DNA of 64,000 bases, taken from positions 99,758,001 through 99,822,000 of the forward strand of contig NC_043003.1 of NCBI RefSeq assembly GCF_006345805.1. Reading direction: 5' to 3'. Shown here in pieces: positions 1 through 12,611 of this stretch (position 1 is the stretch's first letter; each line of letters begins with the position of its first letter). The position numbers and the translations under genes were made by a program. The notes below the pieces were generated by a model. It ran no database searches, had not been told where the DNA came from, and saw nothing but the letters and a program-made list of their open reading frames with translations. Origin of the DNA: Octopus sinensis (lineage: Eukaryota).

Positions 1-19
1 AATAATAATAATAATAATA

Positions 20-1689
20 CCAAAGAAATAGATATGAAATTTGGATTAGAAAAATGCGCCAAAGCAACCCTGAAAAGAGGAAAACTAGTTAAGAGTAGCA
101 ACATCACACTAGATAAAGCCAATGAAATAAGAGAATTAGACCAAAGCCAAACGTACAAACATTTAGGAATCCATGAACTAGATAAGACACAACGCACACA
201 AATGAAAGAGAAAATAAAGAAAGAATACTATAGATGAGTTAGATCAATACTAAAAACAGAGCTCAATGCTAGTCCCAGTTACAAGTTACAGCTACAATAT
301 CCTTAACTGGACACTAAATGAACTAACCAAAATAGATAGGAAAACAAGAAAAATAATGACAGGATCTAGGATGCATCACCCAAAATCTGACATAGAAAGG
401 CTATATATACAACGTATAGAAGGTGGTAGAGGCCTTATAAAGCTGGAAAACTATTATAAAATAACCACCATAGGACTGCAAAAATACCTTCATCAGAAGC
501 AAGGAAAACTGATACAAATAGCGGCAAAACACGAGCAAAACAAAAAATTGTTCTCAGTATTTAAGGAAGCTGACAAATACAAACAAGAAATCATACCACC
601 TAACAAATATGAAGAAGAAGAAGAAGAAGAAGAAGAAGAAGAAGAGAAGAAGAAGAAGAAGAAGAAGAAGAGAAGAAGAAGAAGAAGAAGAAGAAGAAGA
701 AGAAGAAGAAGAAGAAGAAGACACAACAAAAGCTATAAAACAAATGAAATCCAAGCTAAAACTAGAACAACAACGGACCTTGATAAAACGATGGCAAGAA
801 AAGCCCCTTCATGACAAATACTGGACTAAACTAAATGCAAAAGAAATAGACAAAGAAAAATCCCAGCAATGGTTGAGAAGCTCAGGACTCAAAGCAGAGA
901 AAGTGGGATTTTTAATTGCAGCACAAGACCTCCCCACCAGAAATTACCAAAAACATATAATGAAAAGAAATATAACAAGTAACTGCAGAATATGTGGAGA
1001 TGGACAGGAAACAATAAATCATATTATCTCTGGCTGCCCAGTCCTGGCTAAGAGGGAATATATTCACAGACACGACAGGGTTGGGACCTAGATACACTGG
1101 AAGCTATGCCAACATTATTGAATAACAACAGAAAAAAGATGGTATTGGCACACACCAGAAAAGGTCACAGAAAACGAGAAAGCAACCATACTCTGGGATA
1201 TGTCAATACACACAGATAGAGAAATTAAGGCCAACAGACCAGATATAATTGTCAGAGATCATGAAGAAAAAAATGCTTTCTAATTGATGTATCAACACCA
1301 GAAGATGACAACGTGTCTCTAAAAGAAATGAAGAAACTTTCACAAATACAAAGACCTGGAAATAGAGGTAACTAGAATGTGGAATCTAAAAACAGAAACA
1401 ATTCCTATCATAGTAGGTGCATTAGGCATGATTAAAAAATATTCAGACAAATACATATCAAAGACACCAGGACTTACAAACACATAACATACAGAAAATT
1501 GCACTACTAGGCACTGCACACATCCTACGCAGAACACTTTCAATACAGTAACCATCAGAGCATCACAACAAATCACAGCACATACCCGAGGCACACAGAG
1601 CTGCACTCGGTAGTGAAGCGAAAGCACGCTATAAAAATAAAGCTACTGAACAACAACAACAACAACAACAACAATAATAATAATAATAA
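20..1689 (+). mobile_element. Dong/R4-like (RLE-type) non-LTR retrotransposon, family A, 5'-truncated and frameshifted
   Basis: RT C-terminal motifs (KFGLEKCA, YKHLG, RLYIQRIEGGRGL); CCHC knuckle CRICGDGQETINHIISGC then RHDRVG; PD-(D/E)xK endonuclease region (ILWDM, RPDI, LIDVS, KYKDL, IPIIVGALG); stop near 1550, short 3' UTR, (CAA)n(TAA)n tail. Starts directly after (AAT)n at 1-19. Confidence 0.9.
611..720. repeat. (GAA)n microsatellite inside the R4 ORF
   Basis: About 110 bp of GAA repeats with single-base slips; source of the poly-E/K/R ORFs. Confidence 0.95.
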
Positions 1690-2190
1690 GGCATCATCGA
1701 AAATGGTAATGCAAAGATCCTATGGGATTTTATGATTCAGTACGACGATGAGATAGAGAATAGGAAACCAGACATAGTAATAATTGAGAAAGAAAACACA
1801 CGATGCTGGATCATAGATATAGCATGCCCAGCTGACAAGGTATGCGATAAGGAAGAAAGAAAAGTCGATAGATATAACAGGTTAGCTTGGGAGTTTAAGC
1901 AGTTGTGGTCGATGAAAAAGGTAGTAGTAGTAGTACCAATAATTGTCGGAACCCTGGTAACAATGAGTAAAAATCTTGAGAAGTACATGGAATAGGCGCT
2001 GCAATAAGGGTGGAGCACTTGCAGAAAATAGCACGCTTAGAACCGCTCGAATACTCCTGATGGTGATCGAAAAATAAAGGGTGTTACCTTAATTCACTGG
2101 TAGTGAACAGCTGACACCGTAGTACATCTCCAGCGTTAGAAGCTGTGCAAAAAAAATAAAGTAACAATAATAATCATAATCATAATAATG
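1690..2190 (+). mobile_element. Dong/R4-like 3' fragment, family B (RLE endonuclease)
   Basis: KILWDFMIQ..EIENRKPDIVII..CWIIDIACP..KVDRYNRLAWE..VPIIVGTL, then a 3' UTR and AAT-rich tail. Diverged from family A. Confidence 0.8.
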
Positions 2191-3239
2191 CTTATACATC
2201 CCACACACGGACACGTACAAAACAAACACTGGATGCATGGTTTCTAAATGACTTTAACAGAAGAGGCGACAAGCTTCATTCCTTCTAAACAGTGGAAAGG
2301 TACAATTATGATCGGTGTTCAGTGATAAAGTTAAAAACAGAGAATAAAAAATAAAGTAGAAAGAAATAGCGGTGAATTTCTTCTGTGAGCCTCGGGCAAT
2401 CGCGATAGAAATGAAGCTTCAACACACATCCAGGGGTGGTGTCCTGTCAAAAAGTTAACACTGTAAATACGGGCCCTTCTCTTAATGTCACTACCCAAAT
2501 GAATAACAAAACTAAAAGCAATAACGATGGATAGATGACAACTACAACGAGGGGATATAGGCATACTACAATGCAACACTATACCCAAAACACACAAGAA
2601 TAAACTCATACAGTAAATACCCAGAGGCGATGTTCTGTCAAACAGTTAACGCACTAAAGACGGACCCATCTCTTAATATCACTGCCCAAACGAATAACAA
2701 CCCCAAAAAAGAACGATGAACAGCAATGAAGTGATTTACGCATAGTACAATGCAACACTATACCCAAAACATGCAGGAATAAGCTCAAACAGTAAATACC
2801 CAATAAAATGAACAATCCCTAAAACATGTGCCATAGAGGCCCGATACCCGACAGAACACAACTCGCACTACACATACGCAATACAATACAAACACTCAAA
2901 CAGAAGACTCAAACCAAATCTCAAAACAAAGCTTATTGATGCAATACAATACTCCCCAAGCGACAAAAATCTTAAAGTGCTGCACACACCTTACCAGCAC
3001 GAAAGCATGGCAAGAGAGGCAAGGGAAACTTACTTGAAACAATCAGATGTCGAATGATAATGATGATGATGAACATTACGTTACCTCAATTTGTGGGAGA
3101 CACGAATTTGCCTGGAAACTCTGATGGTAACAGCGAAAGTGAGGATGGACCTTTAAGGGAAGGCCTCTCACTCGACAGTGGTTCAGTATAGATGCAGACA
3201 GTGGTTATCCAAAGAGAGCATCAGCAGATAATAGAGTAA

Positions 3240-4505
3240 GGAGAAGGGAGTTGACGAGCGAAAAAGTAGGATAGTGATGCAGTGCTACTTAGAACGTCAA
3301 CCTAAAAAGAATTATAGAAAACGGATGCTAACACTTTTGTAGAGAAGAGTATGTTTAAAGTGACTGAGCAAAGACTAGTAGAACAAGCTAATGGTATTAG
3401 GAGAAGAACGTGGTTGACAGAATTTGCGGTGAAAGAGATCATAAGAGGAAAATTAAACAGTAGAAAAGCCAAGCAACAACATAAGAGATACAGTTCAAAC
3501 CAAAGAAGAAACTAAAGGAAAAAATAATAGCACTACCGATAGAAGGGACAACTGGCACCAGCGACTTAAGTGAGGAAGATCAGAAGATTTTAGATGAGTT
3601 GCAGGAAGCAATGAGTAAAGAAAGAAAATTATTACCGGTATTAAAAGTTGCGGATAGAAGGAAACTGCAAGATATGACTACGAAAGTAGATTCTGTTATC
3701 AGTAAGATAACTGCTAAAAACATAGATGACACTAACTTATTGATATATACAGGAGGGGTAGAAGTCACTAGAAGATTAGGTATTCCTCAAAGAAAAATAG
3801 AAAAGAGCAAATGTGGAGAAGGAGATTACAAAACAAAGTATAGACTTTAAGACAAGATATGAGTAGAATAGAAGCATGGAAACTGAACAAGTTAGGAAAC
3901 ACAAGATTTTAATTTTCTCTTGAGAAACACTACATAATCAAAGAGAAAGGATCTGGGATAGTTATAGAAAAGTTGAAACAGCGTATCATAGCAGTAGCAG
4001 GTAAGCTTTCAAGATGTCAGAAAAGAATAGACCAGTACCAGCAGAAGAGATTGTTTATGACAGAGCAGAGGACATTTTATAGCCATATAAGTAATGTAGA
4101 AGAAAATACTGAAGATGAGGAACCTAATGCAGAAGAAGCTAGAAAGTTCTGGAATAATATCTGGGATCAGTCAGTCAATCATAATTGAGATGCAGCATGG
4201 TTTAAAAAGTAAGGGACGAAGAAGATAGTGAGAAGGAGTCAGATCTAAAACTAACTAGTGGATTAATGAGTAAAGTGTTTGGGGAAATGCCGAATTGGAA
4301 GGGCTTAGGACCAAATTTAGTTCAAGGGTACTTATAATAGAAATTTAGTAGTGTACATTGGAGACTGAGGGAACAACGTCAGAATTGCCTGAATGGAGCA
4401 GTAATACTGGATTGGATGACTAGATGGAGAACACGACTCGCTATGAAAGACAAAAACAAGGGCAATATAACTAGTAGTTATTGACCAATCACTTGCTTAC
4501 AGCCA
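3240..4505 (+). pseudogene. Dong/R4-like ORF, N-terminal region and start of RT, degenerate
   Basis: YRKRM..EQRL..QAN; KQRIIAVAGKL..YQQKRLF..QRTFY..FWNNIW..HN; MPNWKGLGP..VQGY..KG...Y*PITCL, matching the RT0/RT1 region of R4-clade elements. Multiple stops. Confidence 0.75.
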
Positions 4506-4603
4506 AAATACTTAGGAAGGTTCTTGGTATCTAAAGTTAGTTGTTTTAGCCCGATGTTAGGAATTTTTCCTTTCCAACAGTTTAATGTTGTTGTGCGTAT
4601 ATG

Positions 4604-4626
4604 ACATAACAACAACAACAACAATA

Positions 4627-4666
<40 letters not shown>

Positions 4667-4725
4667 CAATAATAATAATAACAATAACAATAACAATAAC
4701 AATAATAATAATAACAGCATTAATG

Positions 4726-4762
<37 letters not shown>
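4604..4762. repeat. (AAC/AAT)n microsatellite
   Basis: Directly visible triplet array. Confidence 0.95.
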
Positions 4763-4763
<1 letters not shown>

Positions 4764-5328
4764 TACATACATTGGAAGCTATGCCAACATTATGGAATAA
4801 CAACAGAAAAAAGATGGTATAGGCACACACCAGAAAAGGTCACAGAAAACGAGAAAGCAACCATACTCTGGGATATGCCGATACACACAGATAGAGAAAT
4901 TAAGGCCAACAGACCAGATATAGTTGTCAGAGACCATGAAGAAAAAAAATGCTTTCTAATTGATGTATCAGTACCGGCAGATGACAACGTGTCTCTAAAA
5001 GAAATGGAGAAACTCTCAAAATACAAAGACCTGGAAATAGAGGTAACTAGAATGTGGAATCTGAAAACAGAAACAATTCCTATCATAGTAGGTGCATTAG
5101 GCATGATAAAAAATATTCAGACAAATACATAACAAAAACACCAGGACTTACAAACACATATAACATACAGAAAATTGCACTACTAGGCACTGCACACATC
5201 CTACGCAGAACACTTTCCATACAATAACCATCAGAGCATCACAACAAATCACAGTACATACCCAAGGCACACAGAGCTGCGCTCGGTAGTCAAGTGAAAG
5301 CACGCTATAAAAAATAAAAATAAAACTA

Positions 5329-5375
<47 letters not shown>
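4764..5375 (+). mobile_element. Dong/R4-like family A, second 5'-truncated copy
   Basis: Near-identical to about 1091-1650 (MPIHTDREIKANRPDIVVRDHEEKKCFLIDVS..KYKDLEIEV); (TAA)n on both sides. Confidence 0.9.
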
Positions 5376-5377
<2 letters not shown>

Positions 5378-7503
5378 CTATAAATCGACGGTTGTATTTC
5401 TGATAGATATTGTTATATTCCGAAGTCGTCAATAGAATATTTCTATTTGGTTTTATTTGACCCCCAGTAGTACATTTTATTATCCTGAAAAGGTTGACTC
5501 ATTATAACGTCCACTCAGAATCACAGTATAATTACTATAGCAGCACAGACACGACTATCAACACTCAACACAATCTACACGTACTCTCGTACTCTACGTA
5601 CTCTCTCGATACCGGCCGACGTCACCTTACTTATAGTGACACACTCATTCCACTCATCACATGGGAGGGGTGTACCATTATTACTAATTCCCTACAACAT
5701 CTCTTTTAAGTTTTTCTTAAGTGCCATCGATGTGTAGTCTCGACCACGGAACATCTACTTTTGAACAATGTTTACTTATCGTGAGCAATTTTTCATTTCG
5801 TTTTGGTTTACCTACAGGCGTTTCGTGTTTTACTGCAATTTTTTGTTTCAGTCCTTCGACCGCATTTGAACCTTCGACTGAGGCGACTATATTTCTACAC
5901 AAAACACTTATGGGTTTATTCCATAAATTGAATAGTTGTATCCATTCTGTGCCGAATAAGTTAAGTGATTTTTTCAAAACATATCTTTGCCTTTTTCGTT
6001 TGACCTCGAAATGTTACGTTAGATACGCATTCACCAATAAAGTATAATCTTCTTCCAGTAACACTATGTGCTACTTTTTTAGATTTAATTAATTTCGGAT
6101 TACCGTCTTGTTTCCACGTTTTTTCATTTATAATGGTAATGTCACAACCTGAGTCGAACTTCAATTTTACATCAGTATTTTTAATTTTTACATGTATGAA
6201 TTTTCTGTTCGTTGTATTACACTTTTTTTCGATGACAAACAAATTTTTTACCTTTTTTCTGACGTTTTATCATCATCCTACAGCACGTCTTTACATGTCC
6301 TATATTACCACAACGAAAACACTCCGCTTTTTTTAAATGGACAGTTTCTCCTCAGGTGCATACCCCCACGTGCAAAACAAGGTTTTATATCCTGATGTTT
6401 GTCGTGTTTTTAGAAAATAATTTGTCTCTATTCAGATTCGTCTTCGCTGGTTTTACTTGGAAACAATATTTGCGTTCAATTTCCTCTGTATCGTATCCTT
6501 TCACATTCTTCAGACACAAGCATTTGAACATATCTGGAGTTGATTTATCCAGCTTAAACTTCTCGCAGTCCCTGTTTACTCGACCAGCATATGTGATGTA
6601 GTCCTCGTTACTGTTTTTTTTCTCTAAATAGCTTTTTTTCACTGAAACTCTTACACAATATATCTATTGCGTCATTAAACTTCTCTGCATCCTTCATATT
6701 CTGTTGCCGCCAGTTTTCTCAAAATTAAGCACATTTTCATCTCGTTGTCCCAATCTTTACATTCTTTATCAAAGATTTGCTCATATCTTCTGTTGTATGC
6801 TTCGTAGGTAACTCATTCGTCAGATTGGTATTTGAACTCTGTTATGGAGTTCGTGACATAGTCTATCGACAACACTTTCTGGTTTCCTGACGATTTCAGT
6901 AATTGCAGCACTTGTAATATCATTTGTTATTGCTCTTGCAGTTATACCTGTTCTTTCAACTATTGTTGTTGCCGTTTTTGCAACTGAAGCAAACTTCCAT
7001 AATTTTACGATTTTTCTTAAAATATACATAACAAAAACTTTTGTGAGTTTGTTTACTCCTCTATGAGTTTCTATTAATTCCACGTGAATTGGTTTGTTTT
7101 CGTCGAGTTTATTAATTCCTTGTGAGTTGTTTAAATCCTTGTCGCAGCTGTTATAAAGCGGTCTTTTGCTACTGTGGTATCTTTTTTTTTTTTTGACAAC
7201 GTTAGTCACTCTGATAGATATTATTATATTCCGAAGTCGTCGATAGAATATTTCTATCTGGTACTGTATGATCTCCAGTCCTACAGTGTTATTATCCTCT
7301 AAAGGTCGGATCATTATAACGTCCACTCAGTATCACAGTATAATTACTATAATAGCACAGACACGACTATCAAAACAGTCTACACATACTCTCGTACTCT
7401 ACGTATTCCTTCGATACTAGCCGACATCACCTTACTTATAGTGACACACCACTCCACTCGTCACGCGGGAGGGGTGTATCATTGCTACTAATTCCCTACA
7501 ACA
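5376..7503 (-). mobile_element. Ty3/Gypsy LTR retrotransposon, internally deleted, both LTRs present
   Basis: LTRs at 5376-5699 and 7149-7503 (minus strand TGTTG...ACA/GCA); purine tract at 5700-5715; degenerate PBS near 7138-7148; gag (YITYAGRVNRDCEKFKL), protease (VKLKFDSGCDITII), then RT start fused to integrase-start PWSRLHID. Flanks AATAA/AATGA resemble a 5-bp TSD with one mismatch. Confidence 0.85.
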
Positions 7504-7659
7504 AATGATGATGATGATGATGATGATGATAATGATGGCCTCTCCTGTCGAAGACGACGTATGAACGTTCAGCTTTTGCCGAAAGACTTGCACAAATGAT
7601 TGGTTTATAGTGATCAAATGTTCTTGGCGCACATTAGCTCACTCTCTCCATCAAATCGA

Positions 7660-7820
7660 CGTTGTCTGAACAGGTGCACAGTGTACCGCGCGTTAGGCGT
7701 CGAAGTAATCACAAAGCAACGTGACATAAAGTGTTTTTTGCTCAAGAACACAACGCACCACTTGGTCTAGGAACTGAAATCACGATCTAGCGATCATGAA
7801 TACAACACCCTAACCGCTAT

Positions 7821-7822
<2 letters not shown>
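7660..7822 (-). mobile_element. tRNA-derived SINE head
   Basis: The minus strand reads tagcggttagggtgttg..gatcgtgatttcagttcctag..gtgttcttgagcaaaa, an A/B-box-like tRNA head. Recognised repeat style only. Confidence 0.5.
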
Positions 7823-7919
<97 letters not shown>

Positions 7920-7930
7920 TATTATTATTA

Positions 7931-8145
7931 AAGCAGCGAGCTAGAAGAATTGTTATAACGCTGGGTAAAATGCTTAGCGGCATTTCATTCGTCTTTACGT
8001 TCTGAGTCCAAATTCCGCCGAGATTGACTTTGCCTTTCATCCTTTCGGGGTCGATGAAATAAGTACCAGTTACGCACTGGAGATAATGCAATCGACTTCC
8101 ACCTCACCCGAAACCTCAGTCCTTGTGCCTTTAGTAGAAAAAGTT
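7931..8145 (+). mobile_element. tRNA-derived SINE, family A
   Basis: Head ..gcgagct(g/a)gcagaa.., B-box-like ctgagt(t/c)caaattcc, body gactttgcctttcatcctttcggggtcgat. Multiple copies in the window. Confidence 0.8.
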
Positions 8146-8224
8146 ATTATTGTTGTTATTTTTGCACAATGCCAGAATTTTAGCGGAGTGGGTGAAAATG
8201 TATTACATAGATTCTAGTACTTAA

Positions 8225-8346
8225 CAGATCCCAAAAAGATGAGAGACAAATCTGACCTCAAAAGAATGTGAACTCAGAACGTAAACAGCCGAAAGAAATA
8301 TAGCTAAACCTTTTGTCCAACGCTCTAGCGGATCTACCAGCTTGCC
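8225..8346 (-). mobile_element. SINE family A, partial inverted copy
   Basis: The reverse complement matches the SINE-A head and B box (gttctgagttcacattc). Confidence 0.6.
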
Positions 8347-8368
8347 AATAATATTAACAATACACAAA

Positions 8369-8586
8369 GGCGGCGAGCTGGAAGAAACGTTAGCACGTCG
8401 GGCGAAATGCTTAGCGGTATTTCGTCTGTCTTTACATTCTGAGTTCAAATTCCGCCGAGGTCGACTTTGCCTTTCATCCTTTCGGGGTCGATAAATTAAG
8501 TACTATTTACGTACAGGGGTCGATCTTATCAACTGGACCCGCTCCACAAAAAATTTCGGGCCTTGTGCCTAGAGTAGAAAAGAATA
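8369..8586 (+). mobile_element. SINE family A
   Basis: ggcggcgagctggaagaaacgttagcacg..ctgagttcaaattccgccgaggtcgactttgcctttcatcctttcggggtcgataaattaagtac; the tail is interrupted by the Gypsy element. Confidence 0.85.
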
Positions 8587-11500
8587 TGTGGGGATGAGCC
8601 GGAAGAAAAGATTGACCGAAGGAGGAAGCGTAAGAAGAGAAGTGCGAGGAGGAGAGGAGAGGGTCGTCCTCTTTTGGCCGGCCGAGGCATTGCAAACAGA
8701 CGTCAGGGAGTTCGCTCTTGGGTTGGAGACAGGAGGTGCCTATTACTGGGTGAGATGGTAGGGCAAGATCGCTGGAGTGACTACTACTAGACAGGCGCAG
8801 ACAAGAGAGAGGAAGGTAGGTGAACCTCTTTTCACTTCCCACTCACAAGTTATTTCGGTAATTGTATATAGACATCGTTGTCCCCTTGATATACGATGGC
8901 AGCGAAGATAAGGATCGGCGGTGATGTCATCAGACCTTTCTATGGCGAAGGTGACGTAGTAGCCTGGATTCGAAAGGTTAGAGTTGTGGCCAGGCTACAT
9001 AGCATCGGAGATGTAGCGAGTCTCATGGCCCTATGGATGAAGAACAGCTGAACGCGGCGAAGATCGAGCAGTGCTTGAGAGAGGCTTAAAAGGATGGAGA
9101 ATACACCGCTTTTGCTAAGCTGGGAACAATCAGACGGAGAGAACAGGTCGACAAGTATGCTGCGGAGGTACGGAGGCTGGTTGTGTTGTCTGGTCTTAAC
9201 GGTGAGGGACTTGAGAAAGTAGCGCAACTGGCTTTTGTGAACGGCTTTCCCGACGACGTGTCGGTGTGACTACAACAGTTGCTAGGCGGCAATAAAATGG
9301 CGACGAGCGAGCTCATCGTTCAAGCCCGCATGTTGACACAAAACACCGGGCGAAAGGCAGTAGTGATGGCGGCTGCAGAAGCCCGCGAATCTGCGCGACA
9401 GCCGGTGAAGGACGAAAAGAGGCCTGCTGTGGAACGACAGCAGCCGTTCACAGGCCGGTGTTTTAAGTGCCAAGGACTGCACATGGCGAGGGACTGCATG
9501 GAGCCCGGACCGGTTTGCTACCGGTGCAAACAGGCTGGGCATATCACCCGAAATTGTAGCCAGGGAAAAGGCTGTGTGGAGTTGTTGCCTCTCAAACTTC
9601 GCCCGCGAACAAGTAGAGGCGTTGGCGAAGTCACTGCCCGTAGTCGAAGTCGTGGTCAGGGGAAACATGTTTAAGGCCCTTGTGTCCACGGGCTGCACGG
9701 CGACTCTCGTGACCCCGAGGGTGACAAAGAAATGGAAGGGGACGAGTTGCTTTCGGGCGGTCGACTGCAGCGTAATCGAATGCAAGGTTAGAAGCGATAC
9801 GGATATGGCGGTGCGAGGCACAATGCTAAGGCTTCGGGCGATCGTGGTCGTGATAGACGGGATCGGCGTGGTAATGGGGATGGACGCAATCGACCGCCTT
9901 GGAGGTGTTAGTGTTGGAGGAGACATGGTTTCAGTTGGTGCCGTAGAGGCGTCGTGCAACGTGAGTCAGGGATGTAAGCGGGAACAGAGCCCTGCGAGGA
10001 GCTGCACTGCCTACGCCACTGAAGACAAGGACTATCGGGTGGCGTTCGATGATCAGCAATGGACGATAGAGTGACGCTGGAAAGAGGGATTCCCGACGCT
10101 GAAGAACAAGGTGAGCTGTTACCAGCATACCCTGAAAGGGCACGCCAGGGGCGAGATTGAAGAAGAGGTAAAGAAGTGGATTAAGGAAGGTGTCCTTATC
10201 CCGTGGAAAGAGGATGTGGTGAGCGGAGCGCTACCTCTAATGACATTGGTGCAGCCGACAAAGTGCAGAGTTAGACCGGTACTGGACTTTCAGGAGATGA
10301 ACAGCCGTGTATCGTGCCACACATGGGGTGAGGCGACCGACGTCTGCGATGAGACGCTGCGCGTATGGTAGCAGTCGACTAGGGCGGCGACGATCGTCGA
10401 CTTGAAGTTAGCATATTTGCAGCTCCATATGAGCGATAGCTTGTGACTGTACTAACTGGTGTGATACAAGGACCGGACATATTGTCTGACAAGGCTGGGT
10501 TTTAGGTTGAATTCTGCACCGAAGATCATGGTGACAGTGCTCAAATCCATCCTGGGAAAGGTGGATAGGATAAGAAGGGCCACCAGTTCCTACATAAATG
10601 ACATCCTAGTGAACGAGACTATAGTGCCTGACACAGAGGTTGTGAGACATTTGAAGAAATTCGGGTTGATTGCAAATCCGCAGGAGCCAATGGCTGGAGG
10701 AGCTGCACTGCGGCTTAAGCTTCAGAGAAATAGAACAGGTGAGTTGGTGTTTCGTAGGGGAACGAGATCCCGGAGCTGGGTACCAACGTCGAGACGAGCA
10801 GAAGGAGAGAACTGGAGTGACAAGGTGAGAGAGGGGACGGTTGCGATGATGCGAGAAATCCTGGAGAGGACGAGAGCGGAAGATCCAGTCAGAGGAAATT
10901 GGCATATGCCCAAATCGGATAGCGGGACCGTATGATGTGATGCTAGCAGCATCGTGATAGGCGTCATGTTGGAAATCGGAGGTACCGAAGTGGGGTATGC
11001 CGACTGGCTTCGAAAAGCAGACGACTACAACCACATCAATGTCGCTGAGTTGGACGTAGTGCTGAAGTAGTGAGTGAATTTAGCCCTGAAATGGGGTCTG
11101 CGCTCCATCGAAATCAGGATGGATTCGGCTACCGAGCTTGGCTGGGTAGGATCGGTGATTACCGACGAGAAGAGGGTGCGAAGTGCCGCCGAGAGATTCT
11201 AGGGGAGCTGCTTGGCGAGTTCGGCCTGAAGCTGAACGTGGTCTGTGTGCCTTTAGAGAGAAACAAGGCAGACGCTCTAACCAGAGTAAAAAAGGCCTGG
11301 TTAGGCGAGCCGGAAGAATCGAAGCAAGAGGTAGCCGCGGTGTTTCAGTTAAATGACTTCGAGCTAAGGAGTCATTTAACTGATGCCATGCATCATATGG
11401 GCATGGATAGTACCCTGTATCTCTCCAGGAGAATTGACGCCGACGTTACCAGACGGAGCATCCAAAAGGTAGTAGGGAACTGCGACAGGTGTCAATCCAT

Positions 11501-12611
11501 CGACCCTGCTCTGGGTGTGCATGAGCAGGGAAACGTTTCGGTAGAGCACAACTGGAGACGTTTAGTAGTAGATGTAACACACTACCGGCAGGGAACGTAT
11601 CTCTCGATGGTCCACTGTGGGCCGGATGGCCATTTGGAGGGAATTGAGAACAGGCACTGCGGACGAGATGGTACGTATTCTAAACGAGGTATTCTTAGAG
11701 CGGGACCCTGTGGACGAATTGCTGATGGACAACAGCACAGCATTTCGTTCGGAAGCACTGAAGGAGGTACTTGACAGATGGAAAGGGCACCGCTTTTTCA
11801 TAGCGGCATACAGGCCGAGTGGAAATGGGATCGTAGAGAGACATCACCGCCGGAAGCGGTGTTCTGGTACAGCATGCCCCGATCAGGACAGGCCGAATAG
11901 TCCGTGCCACATAGAGCGATATTCAAATATGAATGGCGGCATCCGAGTAAACCATCAAGATGCCCTGTAGAAGAGAGAGAGCTCAACTTCGTGGAGGTGG
12001 TCAAGCCACCAAGGGTCAAGCCACCAAAGGGTCAAGCCACCAAAGGGTCAAGCCACCAAAGGCACGCTGCACAGCTCAGTGGAACAGAGGAATAGTGACG
12101 ACTGTCCATTCCAAAAACACCATCTCTGTGGATGGAATGCTGCGTCATGTCTCGGATGTTCGTAGGATTGTCACTTCGTCGGATGATGATTGTGGAGAAG
12201 AGGAAGAGAATGAGGTTACCAGCTTAAGAAGATCACAATGTGCAAGGTGCCCACCCAGGTGGGTGGTAGATTTCGACATGGAGTGAAGTGAGGAGGTGAT
12301 CTTCGAGATCAGTGGGGGCGTGTGGGGATGAGCCGGAAGAAGAGGGTCATGACGTCAATGGTCAATGGACTGACCGGAAGAGGGAGCATGAGAAGGAAAG
12401 TGCGAGGAGGAGAGGAGAGGGTTGTCTTCTTTTCGCTGGCCGAGACATTGCAAACAGACGTCAGGGAGTTCGCTCTCGGGTTGGAGATAGCAGCTACTTG
12501 TTTCTGGGTGAGAGGGTAGGGCAAGATCGCCGGAGTGACTACTACTAGACGGGTTAAGGAGACGAGAGAGAGAAAGGTTAGTGAACCTCTCTTCATTTCC
12601 CACGCGCGACA
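8587..12611 (+). mobile_element. Ty3/Gypsy LTR retrotransposon, full domain set but pseudogenised
   Basis: LTRs at 8587-8847 and 12321-12611 (TGTG..ACA); PPT agtgggggcg at 12311-12320; flanks GAATA/GAATG. gag with two CCHC knuckles (CFKCQGLHMARDC, CYRCKQAGHITRNC); PR ALVSTGC; RT RPVLDF, YCLTRLGF, YIND; integrase HHMG..CDRC, VDVTH, MDNSTAF, NGIVER. Order PR-RT-RH-IN. Confidence 0.9.

Noticed and set aside
2830-3060. Possible GIY-YIG C-terminal remnant (..LKVLHT..AREARETYL..)
   Set aside because: The resemblance is too weak, with no recognisable GIY/YIG motifs; needs an HMM search.
6820-7326. 168-aa minus-strand ORF
   Set aside because: It crosses the LTR/PBS/leader boundary of the Gypsy remnant; not a separate gene.
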